This document shows, piece by piece, positions 1 to 13,289 of a stretch of DNA of 64,000 nt. The stretch covers positions 9,868,339 through 9,932,338 of the forward strand of contig CM119265.1 in the NCBI GenBank assembly GCA_051294375.1, read 5' to 3'. The translations under genes were made by a program, and so were the position numbers. The stretch comes from Paraspadella gotoi (Eukaryota; Animalia; Chaetognatha). Under the pieces are notes generated by a model. It made no database searches and was not told where the DNA came from. It saw nothing but the letters and a program-made list of their open reading frames with translations. Position 1 is the stretch's first letter; the number at the start of each line of letters is the position of its first letter.

Positions 1-84
1 CTTTTCTTCAGGAAGTGCAGTGTGAGAAAGAAGAGAGAGCAGAGAGAGAGAGAGAGAGAGGAGAGAGAGAAGAGGACGAGACGT

Positions 85-161
<77 letters not shown>

Positions 162-1703
162 GGAAATAGTAGCGTTCAGGGACATTTTCCATCTCCATTG
201 AAAATTCCATGTTTTCTCGACGGCTTCCATGTTTTGTTCCCGCAGAAAAAAAAAAAGAAACAGTAGAAAAAAAAAGTTTTATTTTGATTCGACTCCTCCT
301 TTCTCTACATCCTTTTTCTCTTCCTTTTCTTTCTCTCTCTTTCTTTTCTCTTTCTCCTCTTTCTATTCCTCCCTTTTTCTTTTTCTCCCTTCTACTCTTT
401 CTCTTTTTCTTTTTCTTCCATTTTCTCTTCCTCTCTTTTTCTCTTCCTTCCGTTTTTCATCTTCCTCTTCTCCCCTACTCCTCTTCCCTCTTTATACCCT
501 TATACTCTTTATACTCTTCAGCTCCCATCTTCATTCAAAACAGTAAAAACAATTTTTTTTATCAACCAGCCGGTTTTTTTTTATTCGACGAAAGATCGAA
601 GTTAATTTTTTTTAAGTTTGTCGCCCGATTAACTCGTTCGATCTCCACTTCATTGGAGTTAATTGAAAGTAAAAACCAAGATATTATTTGGATTTAGATT
701 TAGATTGTCTCAAAATTTGTTCTCGAAATAAAGGGAAAAAATTTTAAGAATTTTTTCGTCGTTTTGGCGGCGAAAAAAAATCCTTACAAATTTTTATCTT
801 TTTATATTAAGTTTTCTTTCTTTCCTGTAAATCGTTAAAATTTTTGGTTCCAATTTGTACGCTCGCATTCACATCTAGTATAATTAGCTTTTAATTTATA
901 ATCTTGAGTTTGGAATGAAAATATTTATTTTTATTTTTTTCTGTTAAAACTTTCCCTTTTATAAACTTTCCCTTTTTAAACTCAGCCCTTTTTCAACTTC
1001 CCGGTTTTCAATTTCAGCCTCGAATTTTTATCCTCATCCGAATCTCAATGTCCTGGGAGCAAAAACGGGTCGGTCGGTCTCTCTTTCTCTCTCTCTCGCC
1101 GTCCAAACTCCCTAATGCGTCGCGTTCATAATTAAAAATGATAATCGTTCATAAATAATCGATTTCGTTGGAAAGAATTTATGAATAATAATGGCGGCAC
1201 GAAAATGGGGTTGGGAACTGAAGGTGGTTGTCTCCTTGGTGGCCAATGACAGAATTGCAATGAATGGAATCCTGATGGTCGTCGTCGTCGTTGTCGTCGT
1301 CTTCGTCGTCGTTCTTATGTTCACTGTCCTTATCATCATCATCATCGTCGTCGTCGTTGCTGTCGTCTTCTACCAATAATGAGAAACTTAATTTCTTTCA
1401 AAACAACTGATAAATAGCGTAATTTTAATGCAGAAATACTGCAAAAGGATAAATATCCCTAAGTACTCCAGAATAATACTCAACCACTCGACAACATTCG
1501 TCTCCACTAGTGACGAGGCAACAAAAAACCAAATTAACAAAGACTAAAAACAATCACCATAAAGAAAACCATAACGACGACGACGACGACGACGACGACG
1601 ACCACTGAGAGAAGCCTCGATTAATTTGGAGAAAGTTAATCACCGAGAGGAACTAAGAGTTCGTCGTCCCTCGTTTTAAGTGTTTGTAAAAAAAAAAACC
1701 GAG

Positions 1704-1866
1704 CCACGTCATTGGTGGAGCGAGCGGAAAACCAAAACAGATTCGACCAATCAGCGGCCTCCGACGAATTGAAAAGAAGGACGACAAACAAACTGCCTTC
1801 ATCGTGTTTTGCATAAGTAACACCGACCATTGACTCTGCCTTGTAATGGGGAACTCAGTTGATTGG
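1704..1866. promoter_or_regulatory. Promoter-like cluster: CCACGTCA (UPRE/CRE-like) overlapping ATTGG, plus two more CCAAT boxes
   Basis: CCACGTCATTGG at 1704-1715, GACCAATCAG at 1745-1754 and TTGATTGG at 1859-1866, in a CpG-rich unique island. Motif match only. Confidence 0.3.
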
Positions 1867-1932
1867 AAAATGTGAAAGCAAACACAGAATGAGAGGGGAG
1901 GGAGCGGAGGGAAGGGCCAGGGACGGGGGCGG

Positions 1933-1975
<43 letters not shown>

Positions 1976-1994
1976 TCTATACCTGTCTTCCATC

Positions 1995-2340
1995 GTTCCT
2001 CTTTCTTTTCTCTTCCAATTTTTTTTCTTGTTCCTTTGTTTCTCGTTTGTGTTCTTTTTCTTTCGCCGGTAGGCGGCGACAGAGACAGCGAGACAAAAGA
2101 GATTGAAGAGGAAACAAAAGGAGAAAATAAAAGAGCAAACATACTGATAAGGAAAAGAAAGAAACTGTGACCGAACTGAAAAATAAAGAATAAACTTAAA
2201 TAAATAAATAAATAAATAAGTTTAAAAAGTATATGAATATATGAATAAAAAGTTAAATAAATAAATGAATAAATAAATGAATATAAAAATAATTAATTAA
2301 TAAATAAATAAATAACCAATTAAATAATTAAATAAACAAA

Positions 2341-2371
<31 letters not shown>

Positions 2372-2398
2372 ATTTTAAAAAAATAATAAATAAATTAA

Positions 2399-2497
<99 letters not shown>

Positions 2498-4532
2498 AAA
2501 AATAAATAAATAAATAAATAAATAAATAAATATGAAACTTTTGCAATCGAACTGGGTTCTATTCATCATTAGTGCTCTAACCTACTTAACGATATTTAAT
2601 ATTTTTAGATAATGAGTATGTATGACAGCATGGATGACAGCTACAACAACAGTAAAAAGACCGAGCGACAGCGTCGGAAATGAAAATAAAGAAAGAAACC
2701 AACGGGGTCGACGGAAACAAATAAAGAAAAAAACAAAAAATGAAAAAGACAAAATAGGACGACGACGACAACAACAACAACAACAACCATAAAAAAAGGA
2801 AAGGTCGGAGATGAAAAGGAAGTTGATGACGACTGCGACCGAAGAAGCGATAAAGACTTTGGATGTGATGATGTCAATGACCAAAACAACGACGATGATG
2901 ATGACGATGATGATGATGATGATAATGATGATGATGATTGATGATGATGACTGATCGAAGATGAATGATTGATGATTGATGATGATGACCGAATCTGAAT
3001 GATGACGATGAATGATCGATGATGATTTATCGAACAATTAACAAAAAAAAAAAAGTTGAAAGTCCGCATTAAAGAATAAATAAATACTTTACGAACGTGC
3101 GACAGGGACTATAAAAATGTGCAATGAAACTTATTAAAGGNNNNNNNNNNNNNNNNNNNNNNNNNGAAGAAGAGATGGAGAGACTCAACTGAGCCTCCTT
3201 TTTCTCCCAATTTTTTTTTCTTGTTCCTTGCGTTTTGTTTGTTCTTTTCTTTCGCCGGTAGGCGCGGAAGAGACAGCGATGACAAAAGAGATTGAAGAGG
3301 AAACCAAAAGGAGAAAATAAAAGAGCAAACATACTGATAAGGAAATAGAAAGAAACTGTGACCGCAACTGAAAAATAAAGAATAAAACTTTAAATAAATA
3401 ACATAAATAAATAAGTTTTAAAAGTATATGAATATTATGAATAAAAAGTTAAATAGAATAAATGAATAAATAAAGATATAAATATAAATATAATTAATAA
3501 ATAAAATAAATACCAATTATAATAATTAATAAACAAAATAACATAATAAATAAATAATAAATAAATAAATTTTTAAATAAAAATAAATAAATATTAATAA
3601 ATGAAAATAAATAAATAAATAAGATAAATAAATAAATAATAAATAAAATTAATAAAAAATAATAAATAAATAAATAAATTAAATAAAAAAATAAATAAAT
3701 AATAGTCATATAAATAAATTAAATAAATATGGAAACTTTGCAATCGACTGGGTTCTATTTCATCATTAGTGCTCTAACTACTAACCTAAATAACGATATT
3801 TAATACTATCTTTAGATTAATAGATATGTCATGGACATGCAGGATGACAGCTACAACACAGTAAAAGGACGAGCGACAGCGTCGAAATGAAAATAAAGAA
3901 AGAACCAACGGGGGGTCGACGGAAACAAATAAATAGAAAAACAAGAAAACAAAAAATGAAAAAAAGACAAAATAGGACGACGACGGCTACAACATACAAC
4001 AACATACAACCATAAAAAAAGGGCAAAGGTCGTGAGATAAAAGGGAAGTCTTGATGACGACTGCGACCGAAGAAGCGATAAAGATCTTTGGAATGTGATT
4101 GTCCATGACCAACAACAACGACTATAGATGATGATGACGATGATTGATCGATAGATGATAATGATGATGAATGATGATGATGATTGATGATGATACTGAT
4201 ATGAGATATATGATACGATGATATGATGATGTTATGATTCAAATGAATGATGATAAAAGAACAAAAACGATGATTGGCATGTTGAGACAGTCAGTTGAAG
4301 GTAGATAGGGAAAAAGGAGGAGAAGAGAGGACAGAAGGAGATAGGGGAGAGAGAGGAGATGAGATCAACAAAAGAGAAGATGGACGAATGTTCACATGTC
4401 TCGGATCCGAGCAATATAGAACAAAAAAAAAAGAAGGAAAGTTTGTGAAAGTCCCATTAACGAATAAATAAATACTTTACGAAACGTGCGACAGAGACTA
4501 TAAAAATGTGCAATTGAAACTTTATTAAAGGA
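1995..4532 (+). repeat. Tandem duplication (~1995-3140 vs ~3195-4532) across a 25-N gap; second copy error-rich
   Basis: The same landmarks occur in order (TCGCCGGTAGGCG, (TAAA)n, CTGGGTTCTATT, (GAT)n, ACGTGCGACAG), with insertion-dominated noise in copy 2. Confidence 0.85.
2198..2531 (+). repeat. (TAAA)n microsatellite
   Basis: Long, near-perfect TAAA array. Confidence 0.95.
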
Positions 4533-4659
4533 GATCAAAAAAAAAAAGGGGAAGAAAAAAAAAGAAAAGGCGGACAACCCCAGCTTTTCTCTCTGAGGCG
4601 TCGACCTGGCATTTAAAAACTCCGTACGGCTGTACGGCTCGAGTATTTGTGCCTTCACC

Positions 4660-6170
4660 GAGGCGGAAAGAGAGGGAGGGTTTGGGGGGAGAGAGAGGAG
4701 CGGGAGAGAGTGGGGGAGAGGAGGGAGGGGAAGGGAAGGGGAGGAGGGAGGGACGGGGAAGGGAGTGGGAGAGGAGGGACGGCAGAGAGGGAGGGAGGAG
4801 AGGGAGAGGGAGAGAGGGATGGGAAGGGGAGGGGGAAGAGAGGACAGAGAGCAGGGAGAGAGGAGGGGAGAGAGGGAGGTGGGAGAGGAAGAGGGAGAGA
4901 AGTGGGGAGGGAAGGGAGAGAGGAGTCGAGAGATGGAGGAGGGAAGGGGGAGAGATGGGAGAGACGAAGGGGAGAGAGGGAGGGAGAGAGGAAAGAGGGA
5001 GGAGGGAGAGAGGAAGAGGGAGAGGGAAGAGAATGGAAGGCGGGGAGAGGAGGAAGAGAGGGTAGGGGGAGAGATGGTAGGGTGGGGAGAGAGGGAGAGA
5101 AGAGAAGGAGGAGAGGAAGGGGGAGAGAGGAGGGCAGGAGAAGGAGCAGGGGAGTGGGAGGAGTGATGAGAGGGGAGGGAGGGTGCGGGATAGGGTATGG
5201 TGGAGGGAGGGAGGGAAGAGAAGGGGGGAGAGTAGGAGGGAGAGAGGAGGGGGTAGAGAGGATGCAGTGAAGAAAAGAATTAGGAAGAGAGAGAAAAGAA
5301 AGGAAAGGTACAAGGTGCAAAGGGGAGGGGAGTACGGAGTAAAGGAGGAGTAGGGAAGGGGAGGAAGAGATAGTTGGTTGGGAAGGTAAGGATAGGAAGA
5401 AAAGGGAGAGGGAGGAAGTTGGAAGAAAGGAAGGAGAAAGGAAGGGAAAAAAGAGGAGAGAGGAAGGAGAGATGGAGGAGGGAAGATAGAACAAAGGAGG
5501 AAAGGACAGAAGTAAAAGGACGTAGACAGAAAAAAGTGGGATAGAAGAAGAAAAGAGTAAGTAAGTGGGAAATCACATGTCGAAAAAGAAAAAAAAATAG
5601 AGAGAAAGGAAGAGGGGAGAAAGGAAAAGAGAAAATGAGAAAGTGATATACTACTGTAGTACTGATCAGTACTGTAGTACTGATACAGGATAGAGGGGAG
5701 AGAGAAAAAATGTCGAGACAAAGAAATTGGATAAAAATGAGGGAGGGCATAAAAAAAAAATAAAGAAAGATTAAAAACGATAAAACTCTGGAATGAGTGA
5801 AGGGAGAATAATTTAAATTTCTTGATTAAGTAATGCTAATCGGAGAAGGAAAAGAGGAAGAGGAGGAGGAGAAAGAGGAGGAGGGGGAAAAGAGCAGAGA
5901 GCAAAGAGGAAAGGAGGACGAAAAAGGAGGGAAGAAGTAAAAGAGAGAGAAAGTCGTTGACATGTTGAAATGTGCCTTCGGAGAAGAAGCGGAAAAAAAG
6001 GATTAAAAGGCAGTTATAAAAAAAAAGGAAGGAAAGTCAGAGAAAAAAAAGGAAAGACAAACATTAAGGAAGAAGAGATTGACGGATGTAACGAGGTAAA
6101 ACAGGATAGAAAGGTGGAGAAGATAGAAGAAAAAAGACAGAAAAAAGAAAAAAAAGAAAGAAAAATACGT
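4660..6170 (+). repeat. Long degenerate polypurine (G/A) tract
   Basis: Almost exclusively G/A on +, with no stable period. Confidence 0.9.
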
Positions 6171-6892
6171 ACCTAATATTGATAATAGTCGTGTTTTGCT
6201 CGGTTAATGGTGGCTTTTAATGCTTTTCTCGCAAACTAAAAAGGAGAAAAGAATATATTTATACGTTTATAAAGAGACGAAATGCTATTAACACCTGTAA
6301 AAAAGCAAACTTAGAATTTTGAAGGAATATAATAAACGCAAGAAAATAATCTTAAAAACAAAACAAAATTCAGAAACAAAAACTCAAACTCAAACTCAAA
6401 CAAAAACTCAAAACAAAAAACAAAAACTTCTTCCGTCGAAAAAGTCGCGTCTTTTCGTCGAGATTATTTCTTTTGGGGATTTTCTCTTCCAAAACGAGGG
6501 ATTTCCGAGAAATAGACGCGTGGCGCTTGGTGCCTTGACGATTGCAACGCTGCAACGCTACGTAGCAGTCGGGGCATAGTCGCGTGGCAGAGACTGAGGC
6601 TTGCGACTGAATCGCCGTCTGTTCTGGATGAACCCACAAAATCGGAGACCCAGGTGGGCGTGGCGACAACGTAACGCGGCGCCGATGATACGCAGTCTAA
6701 GACGCGAATGATTTTCTGCTTCGGAAGAAAATTCGACGCGAATTTTCCTCATAATCGATTTTGATAAGACGAAATACGAGTCCTTTTTATCCCCTTTGCA
6801 GCTGGGCCCTCAACAAAATACAAACACGGTTTCTCTCTGTCTCTGTTTGTCTCTGTTTGTCTCTCTCTCTCTCTCTCTCTTCTCTTCTCTCT

Positions 6893-6929
<37 letters not shown>

Positions 6930-7179
6930 TTTTAACTATTAGTGTGTATGTTTTTAAAATTTAATTATAAAAAGTACACTCTATTCAATTTTTTTTTCTA
7001 CATAATTTTCAAAGATATTTGTAAACATGAAATCGGATATACGCTCTTGAATTGTTATCATTTTAAGTTTTTATGACCATTTTTTGATAATAATTAAGCT
7101 TAATTTTAATAATATACATACAATTCTTTTTTGATTCTTTTAATCCATATTCTTTTCTCATAAGTCATAACATTCGTGC

Positions 7180-8435
7180 TTCTGCTCCTATTTTTTTCTT
7201 CTTCATTCTCAATATTTTTCTTCCAATCTTTTTCAGATAACCGATTATTCTTTTTTTTTGCATTTCGTTTTGCCTTTCTTCTTTTTTTCCTTTCTTTCTT
7301 TTCTTTCCTCTCTTCGTTGTCTTTTTCTTTGCTTTCTTTCTTTTATTTTTTTCTTTCCTTTCTTTCTTATTCTTGCGTTTGCTTTCTTTTCGCTTGTGTT
7401 GCTTTTTCTTGTTTCGTTTTTCTTGTCCCTGTCTTTTTGCTGTGTTTTCTTTCTTTTTTCTCCTTCTTGGTTTCTTCTTTTTTCTTTTCTTCTTTTTTGT
7501 CTTCTCTTTCGCTTCCTCTTGCCCTTCCTTTTTTCTTGTTCCTTCTGTCTCCTTGTTCTTTTTTCTTTTCTTCTTTCTGTCTTGTGTCTTGGCTCTTTCT
7601 TCTTGTCTTCTTCTTTGTTCCTTTTTTCTCTCTTTCTTTCCTTCCCTGTGCGCTTGTTCTTTTTCTCCTTTCGCTTCTTTCTTGTCTCTTGTTTGGTTTT
7701 GTGTTCCCCTCTTGTTTTGTGCTGCTTTCTTTGTCTTTCTCTTCTTTGTTGAGTGCTGTGATTCCTTTCTTTCTGTTTTTCTTTTTGTTTCTCTTTGTTT
7801 GTAGTTTTTTCTTGTTTTTCTGTCTTTCCTTTCCTCTTGTCTCTTTCTTCCTTTTCTGTCTTTTCTTTTGTTTTTTGAGTTTCTTTGTTCTTTACTTTGT
7901 TTTTGGTTCTGTTCTTTTTTGTTTTGTTTTCTTTGTTTTCTTTTTCTTTTTGCTGTCTTGTTTTGGTTTCGTTTTCTGTTCTTTCTCTTTTGTTTTCTTT
8001 TCTCCTTTCTTTCTTCTTGTGCTGTTTCTTGTTTTCTTCTCTTTTCTCGTTTTCTTTTCCTTTGCTCGTTTTCTCTCTATCTTTTTCTTCTTTTTGTTTT
8101 GTTTTTCCTTTCTTTATCGTCTTTGTTGTTTTTTTTTTTTTTTTTTAGTCTGTCTTTTTTTTTTTTTTTCGTTCCTTCTCTTTCTTTTTTGTGTTTTCTT
8201 TGTTCTATTTCCTTTCTTTTTTTTTCTTCCTTTTTTCTTTTGATTTTTTGTTCTATTTCTTTCTCTTTTATTCCTTTTTGTTTTCTTTTTTCTCTTTGGT
8301 CTTTTGTTGTTTCCTTTCTTGTCTTTTATGTATTCGTTTCTCTGTTTCTTGCCTTCCTTTCTTTCTTTTCTTTCTTTGCTTTCTCGTGTCTGTTCTTTGA
8401 GAAAAGAGTTTGTCTCTTCTCTCTCTCTTCTCTCA

Positions 8436-8472
<37 letters not shown>

Positions 8473-8793
8473 TCTCTCTCTTTACTTTTCCATATTTTCC
8501 TCCAATTATCTTTTTCTTCGCTCTTCCTTCTCTTCTTCCTCCACTTTTCCTCCATTTTTCTACCTCCTCTCCTTTCTCTCTTTTCTTCTTATTTTTTCAC
8601 TTTCTTTTCTCTCTTTCTCTCTCTCTTCTATCTTTATTTCTTTATATTTTTTTCCAATTATCTTTTTCTTCCGCTCTCTCTTCTTTTATTTTCTCAGCTT
8701 CCTTTAGTATTTTCTTCTTCCTCCACTTTTCCTTTCCTTTTCCTCCATTTTTTACCTCCTCTCCTTTCCTCCTCCTCAATATTTTTTTTTTCA

Positions 8794-8837
<44 letters not shown>

Positions 8838-8880
8838 TCTCATCTCTCTCTCCCACTCCCCCCTCCTTCCTTTCTAAAAT
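7180..8880 (+). repeat. Long degenerate polypyrimidine (T/C, some G) tract
   Basis: Nearly A-free on +. It produces F/L/S-rich ORFs in all frames. Confidence 0.9.
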
Positions 8881-10608
8881 CCCCGCCGCTGCCCTTCCTC
8901 TTTCTCCATCATGCCTTCCTTGATTGTAAGATGGCGACCCGTCCTCCGATTCTCCCCAGATGCCGAGTTTGTCCCTTTGACCGATTCCTACCTGATCCGC
9001 ATCTTGATGAAGAAGTGAAGAGAAGGGATGAAAGGAGAGAGAAAGAGAGAGAGAAGAGGAAAGAGGAGAAGAAAAGAGAAGAGAGGAGGAGGAGAGAGAA
9101 GGAAAGAGAAGAGAGGAGGAGAGAGGAGAAGGAAAGAGTAGAGAAGGGGAGAGAAGAGAAGAGAGGAAGTGAGGAGAAAGGGATGATGAAAGGAAAGGGA
9201 GGGGAGGAGAGGAGGGAAAAGACGAGAAGAGGGGAAAGGAGAAGGAAAGAGAAGAAAAGAGAGGAGAAGGAAAAAGAAGAGAAAAGAAGAGAGAAGAAGA
9301 GAGGAAAATAGAAGAAGTTAGGAGAAAGGGCTGATGAAAGGAGAAAGAGAGGAAGAGAGAAAGGAAAAGAAGAGAAGAGGAGAGAGGAGAAGGAAAGAGA
9401 AGAGAAGAGTAAAGAAGATAAGAGAAAAGAAGATAAGAAAAGAGAAAAAAAGAGNNNNNNNNNNNNNNNNNNNNNNNNNNNNNNNNNNNNNNNNNNNNNN
9501 NNNNNNNNNNNNNNNNNNNNNNNNNNNNNNNNNNNNNNNNNNNNNNNNNNNNNNNNNNNNNNNNNNNNNNNNNNNNNNNNNNNNNNNNNNNNNNNNNNNN
9601 NNNNNNNNNNNNNNNNNNNNNNNNNNNNNNNNNNNNNNNNNNGGAATTAGAACGTGAGAGAAAAAAAAATGGCTGGCGACGTCGGAGAAAAGAAAATTAT
9701 TTTATGGCATTTTATATAAAGGAATTATTTTAATAAATAATTGTTATAAACAGCAGAAAACGAAGAAAAATGTAACAGGAGCGAACAAAGATTTAAGATT
9801 TGGTTAAATTAAATAATAGTGATGAGCGCTTTAAGATCTGTTCAATAAAAAAAAGTTTCTGAACAATGTTCTAATATTTAAAAACTTAGAATCTGATTTT
9901 AAATTAAAAAAAAGTCAAAAGTTTTGAGAAAACCAATCTAAAATTAAGGTTGCTTGAGCTGAGATAGACAAAACGCTATTTATAATTATATCAATTATAT
10001 CAATAGATCATGGTATAATCCTTTCTTTCGTTGTGTTTTAGAGATTGCGAAGAATTTAATATGAGTTTGTGANNNNNNNNNNNNNNNNNNNNNNNNNNNN
10101 NNNNNNNNNNNNNNNNNNNNNNNNNNNNNNNNNNNNNNNNNNNNNNNNNNNNNNNNNNNNNNNNNNNNNNNNNNNNNNNNNNNNNNNNNNNNNNNNNNNN
10201 NNNNNNNNNNNNNNNNNNNNNNNNNNNNNNNNNNNNNNNNNNNNNNNNNNNNNNNNNNNNNNNNNNNNNNNNNNNNNNNNNNNNNNNNNNNNNNNNNNNN
10301 NNNNNNNNNNNNNNNNNNNNNNNNNNNNNNNNNNNNNNNNNNNNNNNNNNNNNNNNNNNNNNNNNNNNNNNNNNNNNNNNNNNNNNNNNNNNNNNNNNNN
10401 NNNNNNNNNNNNNNNNNNNNNNNNNNNNNNNNNNNNNNNNNNNNNNNNNNNNNNNNNNNNNNNNNNNNNNNNNNNNNNNNNNNNNNNNNNNNNNNNNNNN
10501 NNNNNNNNNNNNNNNNNNNNNNNNNNNNNNNNNNNNNNNNNNNNNNNNNNNNNNNNNNNNNNNNNNNNNNNNNNNNNNNNNNNNNNNNNNNNNNNNNNNN
10601 NNNNNNNA

Positions 10609-10639
10609 TAATTTTTATATTGGTTGTACCAATTTCATA
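10609..10639 (+). mobile_element. 3' end of the ~250-bp repeat emerging from an N-gap
   Basis: TAATTTTTATATTGGTTGTACCAATTTCATA is identical to the terminus of the other copies. The remainder is presumably in gap 10073-10608. Confidence 0.7.
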
Positions 10640-11975
10640 AAAAAATTGAACTATTTTCTTTCTCTTCGTTGTTTGAGTTGGAATAGAAAAATTCCGTTTT
10701 TAATTGTTGTAAACGAATTAAAAAAATGGATTTTTCTTTTCTCACATAAAAGACGCAACGACTTTCGACTCTTACTTCACATCTTCATCACGCGATGACG
10801 AAAAGTCTCGTTGGAGGCGATAAAAGTCCCTTCCACTCCCAACATCCACCCCCATATACCAGGAATCCCCCTCATCCACACACACCGCCCGATTCACATC
10901 CCCAACCACACACAGGCCCTTTATCAACACCCACTCCCCCAATCCACCACAACCACCACCTCCATCCAAAATCGCCCTCCACATCCACCCCCGACCTCAA
11001 CTTCAAAGAATTCCACGAAAACTTTTTACGATTTTCAATCGGAATTTTCGGCCGAAAGGAAAATTTGTCGTCGTCGTCGTGGTGATCGGGACTCGTGAGT
11101 CAATTTCACGTCACAAGCGACTAAGTTTATGGTGACGGATGAATCACCGATGACCGAGGCTAAAGAACGACAACAACAATAAAAACGACCAAAAGAACAA
11201 AACACTAATAATGTAAATTAAAATTAAGCTCAGGGAACCAAGAGAACATTAAAAAAAAGTTGTACATCTTTCTAAGATTTCTAGCAAAGATATTATGATA
11301 TCAATAAACTTATGATCTTGCGTCCTCTTAGTATAAATATGACAAATATTGACACGCTCCCAAATCCATGAAAACCGCCAAATAAAGCTTTCACATTTTC
11401 CAATCTCACTCAGTTCCCTTTCCATCTACTTTCTCGTAACCACGAGTGAGTCGTAATCTCAATCACAAAGTTTCCCAAATTGTGAATCGCCCTCTCTCCT
11501 CTTTTATCGACTCGCCAGTTTGGAAAAAGCTCTTTCGATTTCACTTCCTTCTTCGCCCTCTCCCGAGTTTGTGATCCTTTCACGACTCATTCACAACTCA
11601 CTCACCAACTCCCGTTTAACGACTGTCGTTCACCTCGGAAACTCTCTCTCTCTCTCTCTCTCTCTNNNNNNNNNNNNNNNNNNNNNNNNNAAAGAGAGAG
11701 ATTCTCTCTTCTCTCTCTCCTCTCTCTCTCTCTCTGCTCTCTCTCGTCTCTCTCTCCTCTCCTCATCTCTCTCTTTTCTCTGTCTCTCTTCTCCTCTCCT
11801 GACCCAGTGATTTTTTGAGAACGTAATCCAAAGTCGGACGGAAAACTTTGCTCGATTCAGCCCAATAAGAAAAAAGAGAATCGGAGAGAAGAGAAAGAAA
11901 GATTTATGAGTCTAATGGCGGAGAGAGATAGAGAGAGGGAGGAGAGGGAGGGAGAGGAGGAGAGAGAGAGAGGAG

Positions 11976-12019
<44 letters not shown>

Positions 12020-13169
12020 AAGAGAGAGAGAGAAGGTTGGGCTTGACTCCAATTATTTTCAACCTCAAATCTAGTTTTAGATAGAGGGAGGAAAAAAAGA
12101 GATAAGATACCCGATGTCGAAGATATGCAAATGTGATTGAGGTTAATTAGAAGTTGAATCGTCGGTGGTTTTTATTCTCCGTAAAATGTGAGGAGCGGAT
12201 TTTCCGCTTTCGTTTACCACCAACGAGCAATCATCTGATGATTGGTTCAAGAGACGTACGGAACGATGCCTCCAGGACACCAAGCAACTATGGCACCAGT
12301 CAAACACAGTAGTTTCTTATGTGCAATAGAATTGAAATTCTATATATTATCCACCTAATTGAATAGATCCACAAACTATTAAGTCAACCAATCATTTAAC
12401 CCACTAAACAAAAAAGTAACCAATTCTTAAAACTGTCATGTACGTTCTACAATTCATGAGCTTTTCTTAATTTCATTTCAAAAATTATGGAACTGAAAAA
12501 TTCTCGATTTATTCCGGTCAAATATTCTCTGCATATAACCCATATCCACTTTCCACTTCGAATTTCCACCTCAGCACTCAACCACCCCGATCTCCCCCTC
12601 AATTTCAACCCACCCTCCCTCTACTTTTAATCGCTGTCTCTCTTCCGTCAGACGAATCTAATTTTCTTCTTTTCTTTTTTTCTTTTTCTTTCTTTTTTTC
12701 CCCCCAACGAGGAAAGTCTTCTCGACCTTGACCTCGCCGAGTTTCTCCGACCCCTTGAGAACTCCCATCTCTTTTCAGCTCAAAACTCCGAACGATAACT
12801 TACCTTTTTCTTACTTTTTCGCTTTTTCTCATCGGCCACGCCCATCTGACGCTCCTTTTCAGGTCTTGTGATCTCACCTCTGCTTACTTGTGTCCCTTCC
12901 CTTAAGGCCCAAAAATAATCATTAGGCTAAATGAGTTTGTTATATGATATTCATTTAACGCTCTAATTAACATAATATCTAGTGAATTAGGATAATTAGT
13001 ATGCAGTAACATTAACAGATTAGTTAAGCACACGTTTGTATGAGCCTTTCTAGTTTCTAATATCAGTCGTTGACAGGAAGAACTGCGGGGAGGAAACATG
13101 TGAGTTGGTGAATTGAAGAAAGATTCCATTTGTGATTCCGGAAAACGAGAATTAGGGCAAGGTCGAAAG

Positions 13170-13289
<120 letters not shown>

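Noticed and set aside
8930-9020. Start of a protein MATRPPILPRCRVCPFDRFLPDPHLDEEVK
   Set aside because: It is short, runs straight into a GA tract, and has no donor site or recognisable homology.
4525-9311. Long ORFs of 280-400 aa (4525-5721, 7176-8243, 8304-9311 etc.)
   Set aside because: These are translations of purine-only or pyrimidine-only tracts that cannot contain stop codons. They are open in several frames and have no domain signature.
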